Source: Hyphomonas sp.
GTDB taxonomy: Bacteria > Pseudomonadota > Alphaproteobacteria > Caulobacterales > Hyphomonadaceae
Reading direction: 5' to 3'
Assembly (NCBI GenBank): GCA_017792365.1
Contig: CP051229.1
Coordinates: forward strand, 3,097,725-3,161,724
Length of the DNA stretch: 64,000 nucleotides
The notes below the pieces were generated by a model that did no database searches, was not told the DNA's origin, and saw only the letters and a list, made by a program, of their open reading frames with translations. Position numbers and translations under genes: made by a program. This document shows, one piece after another, positions 38,518-47,910 of this stretch. Each line of letters starts with the position of its first letter. The first letter of the stretch is position 1.

Positions 38518-39001
38518 GTCTGCCGTGGCGCATCTGGGTCCTGTTCCTGACCTTACTGGCGACCTTTGTGACAGCGTTCGGCATGCAGCCCGCGCTGGCG
38601 GGGTGTGGTGGCCGGTAGCTGGACTGTGGCTTGCTGCGGGTCTGGGCGCTTACGGGCTTTCGGTCTGGGTCGCAGTCTGCCTGCTGATGCACGGCGTGGT
38701 GCTGGACCTGATGACCGATGCGCCGATCGGCGCGTGGCCGCTCGCTTTCCTGCTGGCCTACGGCATGGGCGTACTGTCATGGGACAGGCATCCGCCGGTC
38801 AGCCGCACCGTGGTTGAGATTGCTGCCTTGATCGGAGGCCTGCTTGCCGCCGCAGCAGCCCTGGGACTGTCCGCAGGTGTGGCCGGGCACGAGGGTTTCT
38901 CGCGCGCCGGATTCCTGACAGATTTCCTGATTACAGCAGCTCTATACCCGATCGTACGTTACCTGCTGGTGCCGTCTGACATGAGAGAGGCAAGGCGATG
39001 A
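38514..39001 (+). pseudogene. mreD: rod shape-determining protein MreD, interrupted by a -1 frame change near 38585-38603
   Basis: A GTG overlapping the mreC stop (GTGA) opens VSLPWRIWVLFLTLLATFVTAFGMQPALAG, which stops at 38616-38618. The remainder (VWWPVAGLWLAAGLGAYGLSVWVAVCLLMHGVVLDLMTDAPIG...) is in the frame of track ORF 38468..39001. An alternative independent GTG start at 38603 would give a 132-aa protein lacking the first helix. Confidence 0.7.
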
Positions 39002-40989
39002 GCCGCGACTGGACACGGCAGTTCGTCAACCGTCGCAATATCTTCTGGGGCGCGGGCGGCCTGGTCTTCACCGGGCTGGCCGCGCGGCTGGCGGAGCTGC
39101 AGCTGTTGCGCCGGGAAGAGTATGAGACGGCGGCCGAGGACAACCAGATCCGCCTAGACCCTGCGCCGCCACGGCGCGGCATTATCTACGACCGCGCCGG
39201 GCGGATCATCGCGAGCAACAAGCGCAACTTCTACGTGACGCTGCGCCCGGAGATGTTCACGTCCGGGCGGCAGCTGGTCGATGTCGTCGACCGGCTGAGC
39301 GCCATCCTGCCGCTGTCCGATGCACGCAAGGCGTCGATCATTCGCGACGCCGCCAACCAGCCGGGCTTCCTCGACATCCTCGTTGCCGACGATCTGACGT
39401 GGGAAGACTTCGCGCGCGTCAATGTGATGGCGCCTGAACTGGTCGGCGTCTCTGCCGATGTCGGGGAGCTGCGCGCCTACCCGTATGTCGGCGCGTTCTA
39501 CCACACGATCGGCTACGTCCAGAAAGCCAACGAGAACGACATCGGCCGGATGATCGAGGCCGACCTCGCACAGATGGGCATCGATCCGGCCTCGCAGGAA
39601 GGACGGACGCGCGCGACCACGATCCGGAGAATCTACAAGCACCCGCAGATGCGCGTCGGCAAGCAGGGGGTCGAGTACTTCGCCGAGTCCGCGCTGAAGG
39701 GCAAACCGGGCAAGCAGCGCGTGAAGGTGAACGCCGCCGGCAGGATCATCGACCGGCTGGCGAGCGATGACATCGCCGCGACAGCGGGATCCGACATTGT
39801 GATGAGCATCGACGCCGAGCTGCAGACGCTGGCGATCGAAAGCTTTGGCGGCGAGGCCGGCAGCTGCGTCGTGATCGATACGCGCACGGGCGAGATCGTC
39901 GTGCTGGCGACGACGCCCGCGCCGGATCCCAACGAGTTTGTGTCCGGCATTTCCCAGCGCGCCTATGACGCGCTGCTCGCGGACATCCAGAACCCGCTCT
40001 ACCACAAGGCCTATGACGGCATTTATCCGCCGGGCTCGACCTTCAAGGTCGTGGTCGCGGCGGCGGCGCTCGAGACCGGCGCGATGTCCCCGGAGACGCG
40101 CGTCTACTGTTCGGGCCGCGCCTGGTATTACGACCGTCCCTATCACTGCTGGAAGCGCGAGGGGCATGGGTCGATGAACATGCACACCGCGCTGCAGAAC
40201 TCGTGCGACTGCTATTTCTACGAAGCCGCCAAGCGCATCGGCATCGAGCCGATTGCGGAGATGGCGAAGAAATTCGGCCTCGGCCATCGCTACGAGCTCG
40301 GGCTGACCGGCGGCAAGCAGGGCGTTGTGCCGAACGACGAGTGGAAACGCGGCCGCATCGGCGAGCCCTGGTATCCGGGCGACACGATCAGCGTCGGCAT
40401 CGGGCAGGGCTATATGTCGGCCTCTCCGGTGCAGCTGGCTGTGATGACGGCGAGGGTGGCAGCGGGGCAGGCTTGCCCAAATCCCAAACTGCTCGTGAGC
40501 GGCATCGAGGTGCCCGACAACGATGTCCGCGAGCTTGAAGGCCTCGACATGGCCACCATGGATCGGCTGCGCGCAGGTATGTACGCCGTGACCTCCGAGG
40601 CGGGCGGTACGGCGGTCCGCGCTGGCGCGCTGGACCCGGACAACACCCTGCCCCCGCCCTATACCGGGGCGCGGATGGCGGGCAAATCCGGCACGGCGCA
40701 GGTCAGGGTGATCAGTCTCGCGGAGCGCGCAACCGGCGTGCTGGCCAACAGCGAGTTGCCCTACAAGTTGCGCGACCACGCGCTGTTCGTCGCCTACGCG
40801 CCGGCGGAGAACCCACGCTATGCCGGCGTTGTGGTCGTGGAGCATGGCGACAGCGGCTCGCGCGTCGCGGCGCCAATCCTCGCGAATGTGCTGGGCGCGG
40901 CGCTGCGCAATGACCCCGGCGCAAAGCCCGCATACAGCCCGAGCAGTGAACTCGCACAGGTTGAGCCCCACGAGTCCGAACCCACATGA
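38998..40989 (+). CDS. mrdA: penicillin-binding protein 2 (elongasome transpeptidase)
   Basis: 663 aa. SxxK motif PGSTFKVV; position after mreD. The ATG overlaps the mreD stop. Confidence 0.9.
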   Translation: MSRDWTRQFVNRRNIFWGAGGLVFTGLAARLAELQLLRREEYETAAEDNQIRLDPAPPRRGIIYDRAGRIIASNKRNFYVTLRPEMFTSGRQLVDVVDRLSAILPLSDARKASIIRDAANQPGFLDILVADDLTWEDFARVNVMAPELVGVSADVGELRAYPYVGAFYHTIGYVQKANENDIGRMIEADLAQMGIDPASQEGRTRATTIRRIYKHPQMRVGKQGVEYFAESALKGKPGKQRVKVNAAGRIIDRLASDDIAATAGSDIVMSIDAELQTLAIESFGGEAGSCVVIDTRTGEIVVLATTPAPDPNEFVSGISQRAYDALLADIQNPLYHKAYDGIYPPGSTFKVVVAAAALETGAMSPETRVYCSGRAWYYDRPYHCWKREGHGSMNMHTALQNSCDCYFYEAAKRIGIEPIAEMAKKFGLGHRYELGLTGGKQGVVPNDEWKRGRIGEPWYPGDTISVGIGQGYMSASPVQLAVMTARVAAGQACPNPKLLVSGIEVPDNDVRELEGLDMATMDRLRAGMYAVTSEAGGTAVRAGALDPDNTLPPPYTGARMAGKSGTAQVRVISLAERATGVLANSELPYKLRDHALFVAYAPAENPRYAGVVVVEHGDSGSRVAAPILANVLGAALRNDPGAKPAYSPSSELAQVEPHESEPT

Positions 40990-42140
40990 TGCGTCGCGAC
41001 TCCATCGTCGACCGGCTGGTCGGACTGCCCTGGTTCCTGCTCATGATGATCCTGGGGCTAGCCTCGCTCGGGATTGTGGTGCTGTTTTCCGCAGGCTCCG
41101 GCGAGATCGATCCGCTGACGGGCAACCAGGTGCTCAACGCGCAATTGTCTGTCGCGCATGCGTGGCGGTTCGGACTGTTGCTGCTGCTCGCGCTTGGACT
41201 GGCGCTTGTGCCGATGCGGTTGTGGGCCGCTGCCGCGTATCCTGCGTACTTTGTCGGCGTCGTCTGTCTGATCCTCGTTGAGCTGTTCGGCGTTACAGTG
41301 AACGGGGCCGAGCGCTGGCTGCAGATCGGGCCGCTGCGCGTCCAGCCTTCGGAGCTGATGAAGCTGGCGGTGCCGTTGGCGCTGGCGCGCTTCTACCACC
41401 AGATCTGGGAGGGCGAGCGGCAGAGCTTCTGGTCACACCTCTGGGCGCTGATCATCGTCGTGATCCCGACCATCCCGGTGTTGCGCCAGCCGGACCTTGG
41501 CACCGCGCTCACGCTGATGGCGGCCGGGTTTGCGGTGATCTTCTTCGCCGGCATCAGCCTCAGGATCGTCGTTGCGGTGATGGTGATGGTCGCCGCCGCC
41601 ACGCCGCTGATCTACTTCTTCGCCTTGCACGAATACCAGCGGCGCAGGGTGGAGACGCTGTTCAACCCCGAGGCTGACCCGCTGGGCGCCGGCTATCAGT
41701 TGCAGCAGGCTTTGATTGCGATCGGCTCGGGCGGCGTGACCGGCAAGGGCTTCCTTGAGGGCGAGCAGAAGCAGCTCGATTACATTCCCGAGCAGCACAC
41801 GGACTTCATCTTCACGATCGTGGCCGAGGAGTTCGGCTTCATGGGGTCGCTGGCGCTACTGATCCTGTGGGCGGTCGTCATCGTGCAGGGCATGAACATC
41901 GCGCTGCGGTCTCGTAACCTGTTCGGCGGGCTGGCAGCGGCGGGGTTCGTTTCGACGCTATTCTTCTACGTGACGATCAATATCGGCATGGTGATCGGGC
42001 TGCTGCCGGTCGTCGGCATTCCGCTGCCGCTGGTGTCGTACGGCGGCAACGTCATGATGACCGTGATGGTCGGCTTCGGCTTCCTGATGGCCGCACACCT
42101 GAACCGCGATCACCAGATGGCGATCCGCGGCGTATTTTAG
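40986..42140 (+). CDS. rodA: SEDS-family peptidoglycan polymerase RodA
   Basis: 384 aa polytopic: QPSELMKLAVPLALA, GIPLPLVSYGG. Overlaps the mrdA stop. Confidence 0.9.
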   Translation: MMRRDSIVDRLVGLPWFLLMMILGLASLGIVVLFSAGSGEIDPLTGNQVLNAQLSVAHAWRFGLLLLLALGLALVPMRLWAAAAYPAYFVGVVCLILVELFGVTVNGAERWLQIGPLRVQPSELMKLAVPLALARFYHQIWEGERQSFWSHLWALIIVVIPTIPVLRQPDLGTALTLMAAGFAVIFFAGISLRIVVAVMVMVAAATPLIYFFALHEYQRRRVETLFNPEADPLGAGYQLQQALIAIGSGGVTGKGFLEGEQKQLDYIPEQHTDFIFTIVAEEFGFMGSLALLILWAVVIVQGMNIALRSRNLFGGLAAAGFVSTLFFYVTINIGMVIGLLPVVGIPLPLVSYGGNVMMTVMVGFGFLMAAHLNRDHQMAIRGVF

Positions 42141-43116
42141 CTGCGCCCGAACCGGTCCGCGAACATATCGCTGGCGGTGATCAGCTCATGCACGATGCCC
42201 GGCTCGAGCGAGGAGTGTCCGGCGTCGGGGATGATCCTGAGATCGGCCGCGGGCCACGCTTTCTTGAGCGACCATGCAGACGCCAGCGGCGTGATCACAT
42301 CATAGCGGCCGTGTACGATCACGCCCGGCAGGTCGCCGAACTTCGCGGCCTGGTCGAGCAGCCAGCCATCGGTCTCGAAGAAGCCTCCGTTGACGAAGTA
42401 GTGGCACTCGATGCGCGCGAACGCATCGAGGAAGTCGGATTCGTCGAAGCGGGGCGGGCGGCCGCTGGGACCCTGGATGGAGAGCGTTTCACCTTCCCAG
42501 CGCGCCCATGCGGCCGCCGCAGTCGCACGCGCTTTGGCATCGGGGCCAGTGAGCCGCTTGTGGAAGGCATGGAGGAGGTCGCCCGCTCAGCCTCAGGGAT
42601 CGGGGCGATGTAGCGGTCATAGGAATCGGGAAACAGGTTGCTGGCGCCGTTCTGGTAGAACCAGTGCAGCTCCGCCTTGGTCAGAAGGAAGATGCCACGA
42701 AGCAGCAGCCCGTGGACGCGGTCGCGATGCGTCGCCGCGTAGGCGAGGGCGAGGGTTGAGCCCCAGGACCCGCCGAAAACCACCCACTGCTTGACGCCGA
42801 GATGCTCGCGAAGCGCCTCCATGTCGGCCACGAGGTCCCAGGTCGTGTTCTCCTTCAGCTCGGAGTGCGGTGTCGAGCGGCCGCAGCCGCGCTGGTCGAA
42901 GATGATGATCCGGTAGCGTTTGGGGTCGAAGAACCGGCGCATTTCCGGGCTCGAGCCGCCGCCGGGCCCGCCATGAACAGCCACGACCGGAAGGCCGTCG
43001 GCGGCGCCGCTCTCTTCCCAGTACAGCTCATGACCGCCGGAAACAGCGAGGCGGCCTGTCCGGCGCGGCTCGACGGGCGGGTAAAGTGAACGAATCTCTA
43101 CAAACCTGTTCATCAA
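42137..43116 (-). pseudogene. pip: prolyl aminopeptidase (proline iminopeptidase), interrupted by a single-base frame change near 42578-42586
   Basis: Track ORF 42319..43116 is credible to ...FPDSYDRYIAPIPEAER. The continuation GDLLHAFHKRLTGPDAKARATAAAAWARWEG...VIVHGRYDVITP... is in the frame of track ORF 42137..42322. GGSWGSTL nucleophile motif. Total length is 980 nt, not a multiple of 3. Confidence 0.8.
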
Positions 43117-43231
43117 TGCTTCATCGCTGGAGGTTCAATGCAGTATTATCGATAGTTTAGGGAATGGCTCGCCTTTTGAAACCGACGCATCTATAAGGGT
43201 GTTAGTTGGACTTCGCGTAGGAAAGGGACCG

Positions 43232-43831
43232 GTGATCTCGCTCAGGCCGCTCGTTCTGGTGACAATATTGGCCTCAGCCGCTGGCGGTTGCGCAACGGTG
43301 GCGGTGTATGAGCCTGTAGATGCAGCCGAAATCACCTTCGCGCAACCCAACTCCGATCTCCGAAATGCAGCCGACGAATACTGCGAGGGCGCGCGCGAGC
43401 GCGGGCTGGCGCGGGGGGCCTCGACCTTTGGCGGCCTGGCCGGCGCGCTGCTCGGAAATGAGGCGCCAGTCGATGCCTACTGGGAGGCGATCGACGGCGA
43501 TTCCATCCCGATACAGCAGTCAGCCCTGAAGGTCCGCGAGGATCTGAGGCAGACGACCAGCGGGCTGCAGCAACTGATCGGTCTTGCGACCGCGGTCGTG
43601 GAAACCGGTCAGCCGGGACGGACGGACGTCGGCAAATTCGAAAGCGCGCTGATCCATGCGCGGCAGTCGCGCCAGTCGCTGTCGAGCGCGATCAAGCGGA
43701 TCAGTGACAGCGGCGGCAGGCAGTCGGCCGGGCTGATGGCTGATCTCGGCGTCCTCGACAACACGATCAATGAAGCCGTGACGATCGCCGACAGGCTCGC
43801 CGAAGCGCGGACGTCGGATAGCGTCGCCTGA
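43232..43831 (+). CDS. hypothetical lipoprotein
   Basis: Track ORF 43199..43831. GTG 43232 follows AGGAAAGGGA. N-terminus MISLRPLVLVTILASAAGGC is lipobox-like. Confidence 0.55.
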   Translation: MISLRPLVLVTILASAAGGCATVAVYEPVDAAEITFAQPNSDLRNAADEYCEGARERGLARGASTFGGLAGALLGNEAPVDAYWEAIDGDSIPIQQSALKVREDLRQTTSGLQQLIGLATAVVETGQPGRTDVGKFESALIHARQSRQSLSSAIKRISDSGGRQSAGLMADLGVLDNTINEAVTIADRLAEARTSDSVA

Positions 43832-43850
43832 TCGCCGGCCGGTCGATCCG

Positions 43851-44241
43851 CTAGGACCGCGTGCGAAGGCTGGCTGCAGCCAGCAGAATCCAACCAACCA
43901 TGAACGCGCCCCCGCCGAACGGAGCGATTGCGCCGATGGACGCGGCGAAGCCGTCATCGGCGCCGGGGCCGGCCTGCGCTTTTGAGGCCGTTGAAATCAG
44001 CACCGCGAAGCTGAACGCGACGACGCCAAAGAGGAAGGCCCAGCCGGCGGCGCGCGAGGGAGCCGCTCGTGGCGATGCGTGTCGATACCAGCGCGGCGAG
44101 GTATGGACGAAGCCGAACAGCATGGCGCTGTCCCAGCTGGCTTTCAGCTCGGCCGAGGAGGGCGGGATCTGGTGGGCCCCGGGCCCCTGCGATGGTGAGC
44201 AGGAGGCCGAAGATCCCGGCAATCGCCGTCGTCAGGTTCAT
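43851..44241 (-). pseudogene. DUF423 (YgdD-like) small membrane protein, readable only with multiple frame changes
   Basis: Pieces from two frames (track ORFs 43954..44241 and 43851..44222): MNLTTAIAGIFGLLLTIAGA | GAHQIPPSSAELKASWDSAMLFGFVHT | LAALVSTRIATSGSLAR | AAGWAFLFGVVAFSFAVLI...APFGGGAFMVGWILLAAASL. Length is 391 nt. Confidence 0.45.
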
Positions 44242-44375
44242 TCAGATGCCTCTCCCGGCCTGTTTTCGCTTCTGCCGGCGCTGCGTCCGTATAGGGGAAT
44301 CCTGCTGACAACCATACATGCATCTGAGAAGTACAGCTTGATCATTATGAAAGAGGTTTCGCGTATTTACTTGTC

Positions 44376-45503
44376 ATGTCTGTCAGTCCGGCAAGATTTG
44401 AGGTGAAGACTGCTTCCGATGGAATGCAGACGCTGGCCGTGTCTGGCGACTGGACCATCTGGACCGTCAACGATGTGGCCGAGCGCCTCAAGGCGCGGAC
44501 GCTGGCGGAGGCCGGAAGTGTCGACCTGAGCGGCCTCGGCACCGTCGATACGTCGGGCGCATACGTCATCGACCGGCTGATCAACCGCCCCGACCGGGAT
44601 GCGCCGCTGGAGATCGTCGGGGCGTCGTCGAAGATGGAGCGCCTGCTCGGCGTGGTGCGCGAGGGGTCACGGCGCGAAAAATTCGACGAGCCGCACCGGC
44701 CGGGCGTGATCATGCTGCTCGACCGGGCGGGCCGGGGTGCGGTGGACGCCTGGAAAGAGTTGCTCGGCACGCTGTCGTTCATCGGCGAAACCATGGCGAC
44801 GCTCGGGCGGCTGATCATCAGGCCTTCCCGGATCCGCTGGACCTCTGTCGTGTCGCTGATGGAGGAGGTCGGCATTGATGCGCTTCCCATCGTCACCTTC
44901 CTCTCCTTCTTCATCGGGCTGGTGATCGCGTTCATCGGCGCGAACCTGCTGGCGATGTTCAACGCCTCGGTGTTCACCGTCGAACTCGTCGGCATCGGCG
45001 TGCTGCGCGAGTTCGGCGCGGTGCTGACGGCAATCATCCTCGCTGGCCGGACCAACAGCGCGTTCACCGCGCAGATCGGCGCCATGAAGATGCGCGAGGA
45101 GGTCGACGCCATGCGGGTGACAGGCCTCGACCCGATGGAGGCGCTTGTGGCGCCGCGCCTCATTGCGCTGCTCGTCATGACGCCACTGCTGACCTTTGCG
45201 GCGACGATTGCCGGCGTTCTCGGCGGCATGTTCGCCGCGTGGATCGCGATGGGCATCTCGCCGATCCTGTTCATCGAGCGCTTTCAGGACACCGTCCCGG
45301 CCCAGCACTTCTGGGTGGGGCTGATCAAGACGCCGGTGTTCGCGATGGTGGTCGCATTGGTCGGCTGCCGGCAGGGGATGCTGGTTGAAGGGAATGTGCT
45401 GTCGCTCGGACAGCGGACGACGACGTCGGTCGTTCAGGCCATCTTTCTCGTCATCTCGATCGATGCCGTGTTCGCCATCATCTACTACCTGATCGACGTA
45501 TGA
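44376..45503 (+). CDS. MlaE-family ABC transporter permease with N-terminal STAS-like domain
   Basis: 375 aa. The C-terminal 260 aa are MlaE-like (REFGAVLTAIILAGRTNSAFTAQIGAMKMREEVDAM). Confidence 0.85.
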   Translation: MSVSPARFEVKTASDGMQTLAVSGDWTIWTVNDVAERLKARTLAEAGSVDLSGLGTVDTSGAYVIDRLINRPDRDAPLEIVGASSKMERLLGVVREGSRREKFDEPHRPGVIMLLDRAGRGAVDAWKELLGTLSFIGETMATLGRLIIRPSRIRWTSVVSLMEEVGIDALPIVTFLSFFIGLVIAFIGANLLAMFNASVFTVELVGIGVLREFGAVLTAIILAGRTNSAFTAQIGAMKMREEVDAMRVTGLDPMEALVAPRLIALLVMTPLLTFAATIAGVLGGMFAAWIAMGISPILFIERFQDTVPAQHFWVGLIKTPVFAMVVALVGCRQGMLVEGNVLSLGQRTTTSVVQAIFLVISIDAVFAIIYYLIDV

Positions 45504-46309
45504 CGATGGCCGCCGAACATACGGGCGCAGGAGCGCCGGAGACGGCTCAGGCCGCCGAACTCGCGATCCGCGTGCGGAACCTGACGAACCGGTTCGGCAC
45601 CAAGACGGTGCACGAGGACCTCGAGATCGACATCTATCGCGGCGAGACGATCGGCATCGTTGGACCCTCTGGCTGCGGCAAGTCGGTCCTGCTGCGCTCG
45701 ATCGTGGGCCTGATCAAGCCGGTAGAGTCCGACATCGAGGTGTTCGGCAAGCGCCTGGAAACCTTGACCCGCGCGGAACGTCAGGAGATCGAGCGGCGTT
45801 GGGGTGTCATGTTCCAGGGCGGCGCGTTGTTCTCCAGCCTGACCGTGCGCGAGAATGTCATGGCCCCGATGCGCGAGCACACGGATCTCTCGCATGAACT
45901 GATGTATGATCTCGCAGACATGAAGGTCCGCATTGCCGGCCTCGATGTCGACACGGGTTCGCTGATGCCATCGGACCTTTCTGGCGGCATGCGCAAGCGC
46001 GCGGCGTTGGCGCGGGCGCTGTCGCTCGATCCGGACCTGCTGTTTCTTGATGAGCCGACTGCGGGCCTAGATCCGATCAGCGCTGGCCGTTTCGACGAGC
46101 TGATCAGATCACTGAAAGAAGCGCTGGGACTGACCGTTTTTCTCGTGACACACGATCTCGATACGCTCTTTGCAACCTGTGACCGAGTTGCGGTGCTCAG
46201 CGGCGGCAAAGTGCTTGCAATTGGACCACTCGACGAGGTCCGCGAAAACCCGCATCCGTGGATTCAGGAGTACTTTTCCGGTCCGCGCGGGCGCGCGGCG
46301 CAAGGATAG
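45500..46309 (+). CDS. MlaF-like ABC transporter ATP-binding protein
   Basis: Walker A GPSGCGKS, signature LSGGMRKR, Walker B LLFLDEPT. Overlaps the permease stop. Confidence 0.9.
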   Translation: MTMAAEHTGAGAPETAQAAELAIRVRNLTNRFGTKTVHEDLEIDIYRGETIGIVGPSGCGKSVLLRSIVGLIKPVESDIEVFGKRLETLTRAERQEIERRWGVMFQGGALFSSLTVRENVMAPMREHTDLSHELMYDLADMKVRIAGLDVDTGSLMPSDLSGGMRKRAALARALSLDPDLLFLDEPTAGLDPISAGRFDELIRSLKEALGLTVFLVTHDLDTLFATCDRVAVLSGGKVLAIGPLDEVRENPHPWIQEYFSGPRGRAAQG

Positions 46310-46312
46310 GTC

Positions 46313-47254
46313 ATGGAAACGCGAGCCAATTACGTACTGATCGGCGCGTTCGTCCTGATGGGGGCGATCGCCCTGGCGCTGTTCACGGTGTGGATCGCGG
46401 GATCGCCCTTCAACCGCAGCTACAACGAGTACGATGTCGTGTTCACCGGGCCTGTGAACGGCCTCAGCGAGGGCGGCGAGGTAAGGTTCAACGGCATCAA
46501 GGTCGGCGAAGTGCAGCGCCTGTCGCTGGATCGCGAAGACCCGAACCGGGTGATCGCGCGGGTGCGCGTCGCCTCGGAGACGCCGGTGCGGACCGACAGC
46601 GTGGCGCAGCTCGATTTCCTTGGCATTACCGGGGTGACCTTCATCCAGATCCGGGCCGGCTCCGCCGACAAGCCCCTTCTGCGCTCGGATGAGTTCGATG
46701 AGCCGCCAGTGATCATGACGGAGCGGACCGCACTGGACGAGCTCTTCTCCGGCGGGCAGGACCTGATGTCCGTCACCGGCGACACGCTGAACAACTTCAA
46801 CCGCATGCTGTCGGACGAGAATGTCGAATCCATCACCGGGATCCTCAACAATCTCGAGATCATCACCAACAAGCTGGCCCAGTACGATGGCGTGATCGAT
46901 CGTGCAGGCAACGCGGTCTCATCGTTTGATCGCGCCGCGATCGCGCTGGCTTCGGCCGCGGAATCCGTGGATGTCGCGGCGCAGGATATCTCAGCGGTGG
47001 CGACAGGCGCTCAGCCAGCCATCGACGATCTGGGACCTGCCATGGCGGACGCTCGTGAGGCCATTGCAAACCTCTCGAACGTAGCAGCGAGTCTCGAGAG
47101 CAGCCTGACGCCGACGGCGGGCAGGGCGCTGGAGCAGTTTTCGCTGGCCGCCGCAGATCTTCGCGTGCTGATGGGCCGGCTTAACGGGTTGGTCGGCGAG
47201 GTCGAGCAGGACCCGAGCCGCTTCCTCGTTCGCGTGCCGCAACCGACGGAGTAG
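46313..47254 (+). CDS. MlaD/MCE-family substrate-binding protein
   Basis: 313 aa. N-terminal TM anchor plus MCE domain (VRFNGIKVGEVQRLSLD). Confidence 0.85.
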   Translation: METRANYVLIGAFVLMGAIALALFTVWIAGSPFNRSYNEYDVVFTGPVNGLSEGGEVRFNGIKVGEVQRLSLDREDPNRVIARVRVASETPVRTDSVAQLDFLGITGVTFIQIRAGSADKPLLRSDEFDEPPVIMTERTALDELFSGGQDLMSVTGDTLNNFNRMLSDENVESITGILNNLEIITNKLAQYDGVIDRAGNAVSSFDRAAIALASAAESVDVAAQDISAVATGAQPAIDDLGPAMADAREAIANLSNVAASLESSLTPTAGRALEQFSLAAADLRVLMGRLNGLVGEVEQDPSRFLVRVPQPTE

Positions 47255-47260
47255 GACACG

Positions 47261-47910
47261 ATGAAATACGCACTCAAGCCGTTTCTTCGCTCGCCCTTCT
47301 TGGGGTTGCGGCCTGCGTGTCGGTGCTGCCGGAGCCGGATGCGCCGGATGCGCTGCTTGAGCTTCCAGATGTGCGCGCAACTGCGCCTGCGGGCGAGCTC
47401 ATGGCCGATATCGTTGTCTACGCGCCGGATTCGAACCGTGCGTTTGCCGGCGTCAACATTCCGGTGCGCGACGAACAGGAACTGGTTTTCCTCAGCGATA
47501 TGCGCTGGGCCGACGCCGCGCCGCGCCTGTTGCAGGGCGGCGTCGTCAACGCGCTTTCGAAGGCGGGCGGCGATGGCGCCGTCGCCACCGCCGAGCTGGC
47601 GACGAGGGGAGATTACGACCTGCGCTGGCGCGTCATCGACCTGAGCGTCACGCGCGGAACGGGACCGGTGAACGTTGCGGTGGAGGCCAGCCTCGTGGAG
47701 ACGCTTTCGCGGCGGATCACGGCGCAGGAGCGGATTACGGTTTCGCTGACGCCGGCGTCTGGCTCATCGCAGGCGCGGGCGGCGACACTGGCTGAAGCTG
47801 CTCAGGATGTCGCCGATCAGGTTGCGGCCTTTGTCGTCGCGAATGCGGTCTCGCCCGACGAAGATCAGGCTCAGGCAGGCGAGCTCAACGCAGCGTCCAG
47901 CAGCAGATAG
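47261..47910 (+). pseudogene. ABC-transport auxiliary lipoprotein (DUF330-like), with a frame change inside the signal peptide near 47285-47292
   Basis: ATG 47261 gives MKYALKPFL, then nonsense. The lipobox-containing continuation SLALLGVAACVSVLPEPD... is in the frame of track ORF 47317..47910, which has no upstream start of its own. Confidence 0.55.

Noticed and set aside
44347-44406. A 19-codon ORF (MKEVSRIYLSCLSVRQDLR) overlapping the start of the MlaE-like gene.
   Set aside because: There is no independent support. It is probably a chance ORF in the AT-richer promoter and leader region of the Mla operon.
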